From contig OZ287752.1 in NCBI GenBank assembly GCA_965649765.1, positions 79,670,001-79,734,000 on the forward strand: a DNA stretch of 64,000 nucleotides. Direction: 5' to 3'. The translations under genes and the position numbers were made by a program. Below, one piece after another: positions 40,766-54,146 of this stretch; the first letter of the stretch is position 1, and the number at the start of each line of letters is the position of its first letter. The notes under the pieces are model-generated. The model ran no database searches and had not been told where the DNA came from. It saw nothing but the letters and a program-made list of their open reading frames with translations. Source of the DNA: Bispira polyomma (taxonomy: Eukaryota).

Positions 40766-41701
40766 AGGAAGAGTTATTTTATATCTGCGAGTAGGTGTAT
40801 GATGTTGTCAGCAAGAAATGATTTCTTTGTACTGTTAATGAATCACTTGCATTTATGTGTGTATATATATGTTAAAATATCGTGAACACTCAGTGTAAAA
40901 ATGCTCTTTAGAATATTGTCATTATTTTCTGTAGTTTAGTCGTCTACTAGTTAACCATCAACATGTGTAGTTAGGAGCCTGTATATATTGACTATGCGGT
41001 ATTGTTTTCTCCCAGGGGTCATTCGCCAGGATTTCCTGGGCTAGTTGTTGTAAACCACGAGGCTGAGAATTGTTGATATTTGATACATTTATTCCTTGGG
41101 TGTGAAACAATGTCCTGGTCTGATTTCACCCAAAGGCTGTAGGGTTTCTTTATTTTTTTAAAACTTTTATTGTCTGAATAATATACAATGTAATATTCAA
41201 CTATTTTCAACTGGTTCCACTCTCCCAGAACTTTTATGTTTCTACTAAATTTCAAGTATTTCTATTTTAAAATCTTTTTATCATCTGATCTTATTCCAAT
41301 TACACAAATAATCATTATTCAAATCTCTCGCTTCTTTCTGTATTACAAAGCTTTTATAATCTAAAAGAAATCTTGTTCTCGCAACACGTTTAAATAATCG
41401 AGGCAATGCTGTACAGTAATCCATCATATAAATGGTGTTTTTTGTTTTTTAATGTGTTCTATATTACTTGTAGTAATTGTAGTGAAAGATGTGCTTAACT
41501 GCTTATCTTGTATAGTTCTTGCATACTGCGTTTGTGCATTAGTTGTTTATATATCCCTTGTATTTTGTATACCAATGTAATTTTATACACACATACTCCA
41601 TCAGTGGGCAGTTCGACAACAACTTATTTGGGCGAATTGACTTCAAAAAGATGAGTTGTCAAAAATGGAACAAAGTAATTTCATCATGTGTGTGCTGTAT
41701 A

Positions 41702-41868
41702 CCCTAAACTCTCGCAATAGCCCATGCTCTCATAATAGCCCACCCCTAGTTTCCTCTACATGCTGTTAAAATTTTGACTGGAAGAACCACATTCTCTTTA
41801 GAGCCCATCCCCTACATTTCCTTAAATTCAAGTTAAAAGCCCATGGGCTTTTCGGAGAGAGTTTAGGG
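41702..41868. mobile_element. 167-bp TA-flanked MITE
   Basis: TA-CCCTAAACTCTC ... GAGAGTTTAGGG-TA with subterminal AGCCCA repeats. Confidence 0.8.
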
Positions 41869-42675
41869 TATACGTATTGTATTATGTGTATTTTTCACTT
41901 GATATATAATGTTATCTCTTGTATTCTGTCAGTGAAACAGTTTTCAAAAAGTATCGCACATAATTTTGGATATAAGGCATCATATATTAAGTCTATATCA
42001 CATTTTAAATTAGGCTTTAGTAAATGTATCAGAATTTCACAAAACCATTGACATAATCTTTAATGCTGTTATATTTGGGGGCCAGAAATGATCCCATTTG
42101 TTGATGTACATAAATGTTACTGATTGTCGCTTTATTGGTAGCCGTTTTGAACTGCATGATCAATTGTAATTTTGCCAAAAAAACAAAAAAAAAGCAAAAA
42201 AAATGTAGAATGATAGAATTAGTTAAAAGTGTAATAAATAATTAAGAATAATTGTAAGTTGCTATTGCTAATATTTTACTATTGAATCTTTTTTCAGTTA
42301 TAGTTAGACTATAGTAGTTACAACTTAGAAATAGTTAAGTAGGATATTAAAACTTTGTGTACTATTTTACAGATTTTTAAAAATTGACTTAATATTTTCC
42401 ATTATAGAGCGTGTGTAAAATTAATTCATCTGAGTTTCTGTTCAAGTCGGTTGCGTTACATTTTTAAAGAATTGAGTTTATGTCAGTAAAATAAGTATTG
42501 ACGAAGTGAAACAAAAGTTCCCTGAAGTTTGATGTAGGCTTTTCTTTTTCCAGCTCGAATCATGCAGAAGCTGTATTATTTAATTATATTTATGTACGTA
42601 TTTTGAATAAAAAAATGTCAAAAATATTCTTAGTTTTGACTATAGTTTGAATATTTACCGGTTGGAACTTTAGGA

Positions 42676-42728
42676 TGGGGGGGGTGGGGGTGGGGGGGTG
42701 GTGGTGGTGGGGGGGGGGGGGGGGGGGG
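42676..42728 (+). repeat. Poly-G/GGT tract
   Basis: About 53 nt almost entirely G; a C-rich tract lies at 43173-43199. Confidence 0.9.
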
Positions 42729-43745
42729 TTTAGATGTTCCGGTGATACAGACTACTTTCGGTTCCACCTTGGAAAAAACCTTGGGAGTTTTTTTATTACA
42801 AACTGCTGTTCATAGGAACTTTAAAGTTGGTACAAACTTCTATTATCCAAATATTTCATTTCACGAACCCATTTCCACTCGCCCAAATTTAGGTTTTCCT
42901 ATTGTTTTGTACACAGAGGCCTCTTTCTATTTGATGAACCTTCTATTATCCAAACAAAATCTTGGTGATAGAGGTTCCACTGTAGTAATGATGGGGATAT
43001 GTGATCTGTCTGCAAGTATTTGCCAAAGGAAATTTCCATTTGGTACTGTAATTAGCGTATTCTATCATATCCAACCCCTCTCATATGCAACCCCTCAAAG
43101 ACCTTATATGTTGAGTAGCAGTCCAAACTAAAGTGTATTTTTCCAGTACTGGGTCTTTCAGCAAGCAGTCGACCCCCCCCACCCCCCCCACTCCACCCCA
43201 ACATTGGTTTACTTTCCTTTAGTACCACACGTTTGCAATGTGCTGCATAATTCCTCGCTTTAAACATTATAGGAGGCCATTATGAAATGCTGAAAGTCTC
43301 CTGTTGGTGTTTTTAGTGACCCAAGCTATCTGCAACCTGTTACTGGAGGAGTTCCTTTGTTATAGTGGAATACCGCTCCATTAGTGCAAAAAGGGCTTAA
43401 GACTTCTTAAGTATAACCACTGCTCTGTGGTTTGAAAGTAGATAAAAAAAAATCAATTCTAGCATGTTTATCAAGAGAAGCATTATATATAGACGAACAG
43501 CTTTTAAGTCTAGACCAAGCCTTCGAACACAGAATTCACAAAAAAGCAGTTGTCCAGTCCTGGGGACCCATAATTTGGGGATCTGTAGGTTTTCAGTGTC
43601 CTATTTGTTTTTAATATTTCTTTGTAAACACTGCTTACAGCTCATATTTGACAGAAATCTTTACTTATAGGGCCTTCACACCATCACGTTCTCTAGACCC
43701 GTTTGAGCTCTGAAAAGCACATCTTGAGAGAACTGGAGACAAGGG

Positions 43746-43885
43746 GTGTGGTCATAAACTAGATGAACTTCTTAGATCTAGTCTGGTGTGGGCATAAACT
43801 AGTTGAAGTGCTTAGATCTAGTCTAGTGTGGGCATAAACTAGATAACTGCTTTGATCTAGTCTGGTGTGAACATAAACTAGTCAT
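43746..43885. repeat. About 40-bp minisatellite, roughly 3.5 units
   Basis: GTGTGGGCATAAACTAG..GATCTAGTCTG repeated. Confidence 0.85.
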
Positions 43886-44308
43886 AAACTGGTGAGGTCT
43901 GGTCAAACTGAATATCCTGGGCATGAACAGGGCATGCAAATATATGCAAATCCACATTTTGCTCCATTCTCTCTTGACCAGCCAAGTTCTAATAGTCGGG
44001 AGTAAACTGGTATAAACGTGGTGAGAACTTAGGACAGTGTAATTGCAGCATTAGCTGGTAATAAATTCCAAAATTATGTATGTATACATTTAATATATTA
44101 GCGCTAAGTGGTGTAGTTGAAAGCCTATCGTGAAGACTTCCAGATTTTAATACTTCAATATTATGGAGAACAATGATGCTCGAGAAACTTGGATCTTGAC
44201 GTTGGACAAAGATGCATTAAAACATCATACACGGCCTCACACGCAGACATAAAAACAGCACATAAAGCACATGACCATTTAAGTGCACAGTGTAATTACA
44301 AAATGTTT

Positions 44309-44468
44309 TCTTGAAACTTAATCTGAAATTTTCTTTCAAAGTTTGGTAACTATTAACTGCAATTGGATGTGACATACACATATATTGTCTTGAAACTTAA
44401 TCTGAAATTTTCTTTCAAAGTTTGGTAAGTATTAACTGCAAATGGATGTGACATACACATATATTGTA
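44309..44468. repeat. 79-bp tandem duplication
   Basis: TCTTGAAACTTAATCTG...ACATATATTG twice, 2 mismatches. Confidence 0.9.
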
Positions 44469-46858
44469 CAACACTTCTAGTATGAGCGGTCGTGGGAACT
44501 GTCCAGCTCTAGCTAAAATATGCCGTTGGTGAGGACAAATAAATCTCAAACTGTGGTTACCTTAAAATTATCTGATTAATACACACTTTTGATGGAAGTG
44601 ACGTAGGTGTATCTGAAGGTTTTGTGTGGGTTGATCATTTGTATGTATGGAGCAAAGCAAGTAGCCTGGCTTCTTGGATCAGTAAGTCATGAAAAGTTGC
44701 GTCATTGAACTTAAAACTGAGAACAGAATTGAAGAGTTTTAAGGTTTGCAAATAGGTAACTGGAATTCTTAGAGATGTCCTCATTATTGAGAAACCTGGA
44801 GTTTTTACAATGCTACCAAGGGATTTGTGTGGGGAAAAGCCTGGTGTCTCAGATTACCATCATCCCTGCATCCAGTTTACTACAGTACTATAATACTACT
44901 GCACTAGAGGGTGAGATGTTTATGTAGCCTTCAAACAAATAACAACTAAAAAGATGGATTTCACTCCACACAGTGGATATAATTAAACGGTTTACTTTTG
45001 ATGGGTAATTCATAGTATACAGATCATTCCTATGCCAAAATAATAATTTGAAAACGGTTTTTGATAACAAAAATGAAGCGTCCCAGAAGTTAAAACAATA
45101 ATGAAGTTGTTAAGTGTACAAGGTTTAAAATTGTTTGAAAACTCAACATATAAACAAAATCAGCCCTGTGGGTAAAAAATCTCTATCTAGCACCTAGATC
45201 TCTATACCAAAAATCTCTAGCTAGCACCGTTTCTAAAATAACGGGGCTAAATCAGCCATGTGGGTAGGAAATGAGCTCGAAATTGCTCTATCTAGCCAAA
45301 AAATTCCTGAATTTTCAACAATTTTAAAATTTGATTAATTTTATATCGGTAAAAGTTGTATATTTTTGGACAGGTAAAAAATTTAATAAAAATTAAGGCT
45401 TATTTTTTGAAACTTGCTTGCTGCATGTACTGGTCTAAAATGAAAAATAAATGAAGCCCTACATACTGAAAAAAGCACCCATCAACATTTTTTTTTTCCA
45501 TTTTGTACGGTTTATCGACCCCGTCAATCAGTTAATTATCACCAGATTAATCTAAAAATTTAAAGACATCTATCCTTTAGTATTTGCAATGTGCACTTCA
45601 AATTTTAATGAACTATTAGAAGTACTTCAAAAGGAAAGTTAATAAAAGTGCAAGACAGCAAAATAGAGCAAACTGCTCATTTGAAGTACTCGAAACTCCT
45701 TAAGTACTACACTTAGAACCATGAGATTTTCACATCATAGATAAAATGAAAAAGTAGATGAATAACTTATACCAATAAAAAGCCCAAATCCCAATAGTTT
45801 CTGAGATAGCAAAAATGTACAGATTTTTCACATTTTAATAAAAAAACAATCGATTGACAATCGGTCAATTTTCAGCTGATTGATCTCAACAGCGTCTCCT
45901 TTCCATAATTTGCCTTACAAAATTACATGCCAAATTTCATTGAGCTATGACATACTTTTGAGAAAATATAGTGACAAGCACTTTTACACCCCCAAGGTCA
46001 CCTGACATTTAAGTAAGCCAAAGTTCAAATCCAAGAATTAAAAAAAAAATTCCTACTCCTGGTTAAGATAACTGCCAAAATGCAGATAATATTGAAGGAG
46101 ATATTCAAAGACCATGCGATGGCGGCATAGGTGGCAGCGAGGAAACTAGGGGTGAAACCAAATAAGCACCATTTTCAAAGGACGCTTATTTAGGGAGGAT
46201 GCGCTTAACTGGTCATTTACTAAAATGGTGATCTATTTAAAAAAAAAAAGAACTATGCAGCCACAGTAGCCACCGAGCTGATGTGTAGTTACAATAAAGT
46301 CATCCTACAGGAAGCCGGGTCTGTGGTTTTTGGTAAAAACTTTAGTTAAGCTTGACATATTCCATTTTGTTTATAAAACTAAGTTTGTTTCCAAACAACT
46401 TTTAATGATTGAAACTTTACCTGTACAATTTGTAGCTTGGGGTTTACCTATGAAATATTTATGAGCTAAGAACAATCCACATAATTTATAGTTTTTACAG
46501 TTGCAAATGTTATGTAAAAGGTTATCATTGTAATACAGAGGCTATATTTTATAATTGTTGAGTATTTTTAGTGAGATTTATTGTTCATAAACATCTGGTT
46601 TACATTGTACTGAACTTTGCAAGAAAATTTACATTTTATCTTAGCAATAGTTAGATATTTTAGTAAAGGATTTATTGTTTCAATATAGTTCCACGTTTAT
46701 CAAGTGCCAAGTCTTAAGTGCTAAGTAGGGTAGTTAAGGCCATTAATAAATGACATCATAGTTAAAAACCAGGTAATAAAATTACTCTTCCTTGCATTTT
46801 TTTAATCTTTTATTTGTGTATTGTTTCCAACTGACAATGAGCTGTAAGTGTTGTACTA

Positions 46859-46932
46859 AATTTATATATTTACAGAGATGAAGAGCTGAATACAGAATTT
46901 ATATATTTACAGAGATGAAAAGCTGAATACAG
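46859..46932 (+). repeat. 37-bp tandem duplication spanning the copy 9 splice acceptor
   Basis: AATTTATATATTTACAGAGATGAA(G/A)AGCTGAATACAG twice. Confidence 0.95.
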
Positions 46933-49900
46933 ATATTGTGGATCTGTTGTTTGAAGTGCAAGTAAAGAATATTGCCCAGACTCTAGAAAATGCCACAAGA
47001 AAACTTAAACAAAAGACAAAAGGTCAAGCACCAGACGAGGAGGATGAAGAGACGGAAGATGAGATTCCGGCTGACTTTTCAGTGCCTCCCATAAAGGCAG
47101 AATCCCCAACTGATGGCTCTGAGTACAGCGAAGGGGACAATACAACTACCCGTGTAGTGGATAACAGGGGGTACTGTAGTCAAAGGGTAAAGGAGAGTAA
47201 TCAACTGATAAGTATCGATAAAGTGATTAAAGCAGAAAAGATCAATGTGAGTGAAGAAGAGGGAACCATCTCTGATGATGAGGAGGAGGTTGTTGAAAAG
47301 AAGAGACTCAAAAGAGGTGATTCAGTAAAAGGTAGATGTATCTACTGTGGTCTGGTGGCAACTCCGAACAGGTTGACATCACATATATATGAGCAACACT
47401 ATGAGGCAATTTTGTCTCAGGACGAAACATTATTCGATCACAATTTAAGTGACACCACAAGAATGGCCAACAAGGTAAAATGCTTGTCGTGTGATTCTGT
47501 TATTTTAAGGAAGTTCTTTGTGGGACATTTGGAGGCTCATCATTCTGAGAAACTTCTACCAGACGTCTCACTCACTAATTTAAGACTGAAAGTAATGTGT
47601 CTGATTTGTAAAGAGACTGTAGACCAAAATATTTATAGCGAGCACTTGAGAAAGGTTCATCCCAATGAAGGAAACAGTTTGGAAGAATTAATGAAGAAAC
47701 TGGTTAGTGGGGAAAAGCAGGCAGAGGGATTTAGAATGAAAGACGTTGAGGATATGTTATTGTTGGAATGTATATATTGTGACCGTGGCAATATCTTAAG
47801 ATGTAGGGATTATGACATGCATATACTTGGTACACATTCTCCAAACAGTGGGCTACAGAAGAAGAATAACAAGAAACAAACCCCTGAAAGTGAAGAGTAT
47901 AAAGGAAACAGGAAGAGGGCAAGAAAAAAAAGTACTAAAGGGGGAAGGAACACACGGAAGGTGACTAAGGTGCCTGCAAAACGGAAGAAACGCATTTCAA
48001 GTAACATAGAATCACTTCAATCAAACGTTGAGGAAATTGAAGAAGAACATTTAGCTTCACACATCTCCAAAAGCAAGGTTTTTAAGGAGGAGTCCATAAA
48101 TGATGGTTATTCTGATGATTCTAATGACACAGTATATTATGCTGGGGAAGATGATGATGAAATGTCAGTTGAAAACACAGCTACAGAGTTTGATGATATT
48201 AATAATGAACAGAACAAAGATCTGCCACCACAGCCAGTAAAAGGTCAGTGTCCCTATTGTGGCATGATCTCAGTGTATACAACAGTAAAAGTTCACATGT
48301 ACAAAACCCACTATGAGGAAATATTAGAAGAAGACGAGCCCGGCGGCATTGAGCGTTCCGATAAGAGAGTGTTGAAGGTTTTGTGCCAGCTGTGCAACAA
48401 GGAAGTGTTCAGGAAATATCTGCCCATTCATATGGGATCACAACATCCTGAATGTTACGATGGGGGTACAACGTGTACTGTAGATGTGGGCTGCCTTTTG
48501 TGTGACCAGACAATAAAGAATAGACAGTATCGTCCCCATTTAAAAGAGAAGCACCCGCAGATGTTGAAGAAGTTGGACATACTGGTAAGAAACACCGGTA
48601 CCAGTGGCACTGTAAAGTCAAAGAAAATAGACGAGACAGTCAGTTTCATGGAGATTAACTGCGTGTACTGCCCTGGTAACAAGACAATAAATTACATGAA
48701 GTACCGAGATCATGTGGGCTCCAGCCATCCAAGTTACAGTAAAATTATGGTCAATAATATCAGTATAGTCAAGAGGACACTGAATCCCAAGAAGCCAGTT
48801 GGTAAGAAAACCCAGAAGGTACCCAGAAATGCACCAAACCCTGTACTGCAGAAGAACAGGGAGTATCTAACGATTGACAGGGTTGCCTGCTTACCGCCGC
48901 TCCCGACTCCACCACGTGAGTACTACTGTGCGGCATGTGATGAGAAGTTCTTTACAAAGCGGAGCTACAAGAAACACGCCAGTGAAGTACACAACTATCC
49001 CAAAGACCATGTCTATGTGTGCAACTACTGTTACCAGTTGTTTGAAACTGTGGCCAAAGGTCAGAATCACGAAGATGAAGTGCATGCACTTGAAAAGTAT
49101 CAGTGCGAAACCTGCGGTAAGCTCTTTACCAGAGCGAGCTCATTGCGGATGCACAAGGAGTGCATTCATTTGGGTATCAAGCGGATTCGGAAAAGTCCTA
49201 GGAGGTTTCGAGATCATATCTGTAGTTATTGTGGGAAAATATTCAAATTGGCAGCGGTGCTGGAAAATCACATTATGAGAGCCCACAAGCATGAGAAGAA
49301 TATGTGTTGTGACGTGTGTGACAAAAGGTTCGTGGATAAATCCGAACTGACCAAGCACAAGTTGACCCACCTGGACAAGAAGGACTATAAGTATTCATGT
49401 GCGTATTGTTCCTATAAAGCCGTCAGGAAGCATATTATGGTCTACCACGAGAGGATCCATACTGGTGAAAAGCCTTACCTGTGTAACTTGTGTGGAAGCA
49501 GACATCGCATTGGGTTGACCTTCAGGAGTCACATGTTGAACAAGCATTGTGTAGAACTTCACGGCAGTGAGGACCACCAGAAATACTACCACCCAGAAAC
49601 ACCAGTCAGTCTGGGTGGAAACTTGATTGAGGATTTGAAGGAGCCCTCACCGGATATGGAAGATAAGCAGGAGCTGGAACAGTCCTGCCCTCCTGAGACC
49701 ATGCTTCCTTTGCCACCAGAAGAGAAACAAAAGTCTCCAGTGAGCAGCAGTAGTAGCAGAATCCAAGTGACCACTGATATACAACATTCCCAGCCTCCTG
49801 AAAGAAGTGTTCACATTCCAAAAGAGTTGCCCAGTCCAGTAGTGGAAAGGATTGATACAAACCTACCAAGTGAGCAGAGTATGGATATGCGTGTTCAAGG

Positions 49901-50234
49901 ACAGAGTATGCCGGTGGGGTACTTGAAGCCTCCTAGCAGCAGTAGTACATATCAAGCAGATACATTCCAACATTCCAATGTAGCACATTACAGTACAACA
50001 GGTTTCCCTCAGATGGCTCATTCAGATAGCTCTTTCCTCGATTACTCGCGCATGTCAAGCCTTCCTGCACAGGAATGGACTCACGATACAGCAGGTTTGT
50101 CCCTGGATAGGTTCAGTGAACTGAACCATCAAGCCTACAGGTACTACGCAAGCACGCTGCAAGGTAGCATGGACAAAGCGGGAAGGACGCAGCAAAACAA
50201 CCTTGGACCAAAAGACTACAGTGACCACCACTGA
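46913..50234 (+). CDS. Most diverged zinc-finger coding exon, copy 9 (atypical 4-finger block duplicated, about 15 fingers)
   Basis: About 1100-aa frame with no nearby ATG (track starts at GTG 46938). Acceptor TTTACAG (AG 46911-46912); opens A-GAT-GAA-AAG (phase 2). HTGEKP linker; Pro/Ser/Gln-rich tail. Confidence 0.92.
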
Positions 50235-50276
50235 CAGAAGCTAAACATATGTGGTGAGTTACTTCTTAGTAATCCT

Positions 50277-50488
50277 CTGGCCATTTTCTCAAGACATTTC
50301 AAGCTCAATTCAGATTCAAATGACAGATCGTAATACCTCTGGCTAGAGTGAAGTAAACTCTGACTGTATATTTGAATTGAGCACTGAAAGCTCTTCTAAA
50401 TTGAGTAGTTACAAGTACAGGTTATTTCCATCTGCAAGGAATTCTCCATAGCCCTAATTTGAGTCAAGTCTAGAGAATATGGGCCCAG
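50277..50488. mobile_element. Probable small MITE just after the copy 9 stop
   Basis: Imperfect TIR CTGG(G)CCAT(T/A)TTCTC(A/T)AGAC; internal inverted repeat GCTCAATTCA/TGAATTGAGC. Confidence 0.5.
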
Positions 50489-51870
50489 TAGAACTCTTTT
50501 AAGTAAACCATGTTCTTAATGTGAAAACCTAAATTATTATGTGTACACTATCTAACTATACTATGCTAAATATATATAGTCAACAGTCAATAGTGTAAAG
50601 AATTTTTAATTTTGTCAACAAAATGTTGAAATACATACCTCTACTTCATCTTCAGCATAATTACTGATTTGACTTATCTTATTGTCTGTATTTAATATGT
50701 ATCACTGGCTTTGTGCAGATAAGTTTTTGCTATAAAAATATTCATTTGTGGTTGTATTTTTTCAAAAATCTCAACTGATTTAAGCTTAAGTCTAAGGCCT
50801 ACCTATCTTAGACCTATAAAGTGAAAATTGGCAAAATCTAACTATAATTGGATTCAGGAACTTAACCTCTACGAAAATGGATGGTCACAGTTAAAGTAGG
50901 AGAGTAGTGACTTGGTTTAGTGGCTTGGTAGTACATATTTGCAGATAGTGCTTGAAGTATTATAGAACTATTCAAAGTTAATTTGTAAGTATCATGTTCA
51001 ATTTATACATGTTACATATACTGAACTGCTATGCGTTATATGAAAATTTAGTACATTTTTTCTTACATTTACACATTTTTTTCAAATACATTAATGTATC
51101 TACACTTTGTTATTGAACATGTATTTATGGAATAGTGCAATGTATTGGTACATGGTATTATACAGGCCACAGGACTAGTAAAGACGCATATGGAAAAGTA
51201 GTTGTGTATCTGTCCTGTAACATTATGAAGTAAATCTTGGTGGTATTTACCTTGTCAATGTGCCGAGAGTACCGTAAAAAATTACACAATTTTTTATTAT
51301 TTGAACAGTTACAAAAACATACACAGGTGATAAGAACATACACAGGTGATAAAAAATTATTAGCGAAAGAAGATTTAAAACATTTTTGTAATTTATACTT
51401 TGTAAGAAAATACCTACTACTTCCCAACATGGAAGTTAGGAATTATAAGAAATAAATGCTTGTTACACAGGCATTTCTATTACCTGAACACCAAATAAAA
51501 AAATGGTCTGTTGTTTTCATCAAAATATCATTTTGATATATTTATATATCTTGACATATATTTATATACGCTTCTTAAATACAAATTTTCAGTAATTTCA
51601 GTGTTGTAACTACTACTAACAAGCGATAGTTTGTGGTGTTTGGTATAAGAAGCCTGTGTAAAAATTGTATATGATTAATTGTCTATTCTAGAATATGTAA
51701 TAAACAATCCCTTATTGTTTTCTAGTTTAGTAAATACACATAGTTTCTATTGAGTCGATATATCTCTGGAACATAGATTAGATGTAGTTGTAAGTTTGAA
51801 GAAAAAAGCTTTTGTCAGTTCACACTGTAAGAGGGAAAAAATTTATACTGAAGTGAAAGACACTTGTGTG

Positions 51871-52143
51871 CAGGCATGGGGTATTCGTATTCTGCATTCA
51901 TATTCGAATACATTTTTTAAAGTATTCGTATTCGAATACATTTCTATTTTTGGCAGAGTATTCGCATTCGTAAGAATACTTTCATGAATACATTTTTACT
52001 TTTTTTGAATAAATAAAATAAAATCAGCAAAATGAAATCTGGTAAATAATGCAGTGAATATATTAAAACCCTAACAAATAGTGTGTAGACATATATACCT
52101 GAGAGACTCGATATAATAGAAAAATAAATAAAACCCAAGCCAT
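51871..52143. mobile_element. Possible hAT-type non-autonomous element remnant
   Basis: Begins CAGGCATGGG, followed by clustered GTATTCG/CGAATAC repeats; CCCAAGCC at the far end; no clear TSD. Confidence 0.4.
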
Positions 52144-52787
52144 ATGCATTGCCATTGAAGTGTAACTACATTATTTTCTAATAATGTAGCATTAGAAAAT
52201 AATGTAGTGGTAGCGTTTTTTTTTTACCATTTAATAAAGTAGATATTTAAAGAAGCATTCTTAATTTAATTTCAATTTTCATTCAAAAATGTTGTGTTGG
52301 GTTTTATAATAAACACCTTGTGGCGCTTACATTATGTAAACTTAAAGGCCTTAAACAATAGGTGCCAGACCACTGAATAGAAGGGCCTCTAATTCAACAT
52401 TTGTGTGGCTAGTGTCACTATTTCCTGTATTTGAGGGCTTAATGTTTATGAATGCAGTACAAAGCAATATTTACCATATTTTGAGAAAAACATTCAATGA
52501 TAGACCTGTGCTATAATATGGTATTTACTTTACCTTTTCTTAAGGAAAAACCTTTTTGTATTAAATAATACATAACTATTGAATACAGGTGTATGAAGCT
52601 ATTATTTATTATCAGGATTCTGCAACTTGTTAATCATTTTTTTTAAAATCAAATTTGGAGCTGCAGCAAGCGATGCTTCTGGCAACGAAAATTTAACTTT
52701 TATGTTCACAGCATTTTTTGGGAGTACATCCCTCCCTTACCAAAATCCCTGATCCAGCTAACTATATCATTCTGTTCATACAGTAGT

Positions 52788-52905
52788 CTTTGTGGCCTAA
52801 TGATAAGTGTGGTGGACTTTGGATCTCAGGTATCTCGAGAGCCAAGGTTCGATCCTCGCCTGCGGCCTGGAGATTGTACCCTTGGACAAGGTGTTTTACA
52901 TAAAG
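52788..52905 (+). mobile_element. tRNA-derived SINE 5' fragment
   Basis: A box TGGCCTAATGAT, B box GGTTCGATCC, then CCCTTGGACAAGG (CORE-like). Does not form a full cloverleaf. Confidence 0.6.
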
Positions 52906-53963
52906 TTGAAAAACATGCAAATTTACATTTACACATTCAGCTTGAATGTTGCGCTAACGCTTGATAAAAGTGTTGAAATAGATTGCTATTTGCCATTTTC
53001 TGTTTTCTTCCTCGTTATTTGCACAAATAAAAGCTATTTTTTTTTTATTTGTGTACAACTGATGGTGTACTACAACCTCTGTTAATATAAACTTGTCATC
53101 CAAATGTTCAATTTTATGAATTGCCTTTCACTTCCCCAAATTAATTTTTTTCCTATTGCTTTACAGTGAACTGTCTTTTACTTTATGACCCCTTTGTGTT
53201 ATCTGAAACAAATAAATCAAAAACATTTCTGGATGATAGATGTTTTACTGTACATTGTTCTGCATCCAACTTCTTAGATGCTGAAGATGTTTTGTATGTA
53301 ATCTTATAAATTTAATGCAAATTCTGTACAATGTTGATTGTTTTTTTTAAACCATTATATGTATTCAGTACTTCTGTAACCAGTAATTGCAATTAAATAA
53401 CTGCTACTGTAGCATTTGTGTTCATTGTACTTTGTTTTATTTGTCTTTTAACTGCAGGTGCAGTGTTATTATAAAAAAAACAACAAATAAGTGCCTGAAT
53501 AGACACAATGTCAGCCTCATTAGGAATAAAAATGAAACACACAAGGAAATTCTTCTTGAATTTATTACATATAGCAATGGTAAACAAGATAATTGATCAC
53601 CTGCGGCTCAAACAATTGGTCAATGTCTATGTGAGCATCCACAAAATACTTAATTGAAATGCACAATAGTCTTTATGTTCCTGAGAGTGACCATGGCATT
53701 ACGTTGCTTGATCCTGGCAAAGAAGATACAAATGAGAACTAGCCTCTTTCAGGCTTTGGGGTCACGGGAGTGACAAAATGCAGTAGAACATCATTCTATT
53801 ATCTGAAAATTTGATTTTACGCACACACTTTCACTCCCAAATTTACAGTGTCCTATTGTTTTATAATAAAATGCCTTTTCTATATTACGAATTTTCGAAC
53901 ATCCGCACAAAATGTAGCTCTCTTACCATGTTCAGATAATGGAGATTTTACTCTGTGCATATA

Positions 53964-54146
53964 CAGTAGAACTTATATTCTACGGACATCTTGGGAGAGT
54001 GAGAGTTTGGATAATAGAAGGTCCATAAAAAAAAGAAGTGGCATTTTAGTGTAAATCAATGGCAAAAAAAATAAGTTTGGGAAACAGAAAGTGAGTTTTT
54101 AAAATTAAATATTTGGGTAATAGAGGGTCGGATAATAGAGGTTCTG
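53964..54146. mobile_element. Degenerate Tc1/mariner-type MITE
   Basis: TA-CAGTAGAACTT...GGATAATAGAGGTTCTG-TA. Related eroded copies near 1-230, 5840-6130 and 42830-42985. Confidence 0.5.

Noticed and set aside
52788-52870. tRNA gene
   Set aside because: A and B boxes are present, but there is no proper cloverleaf and the sequence continues into a SINE-like body.
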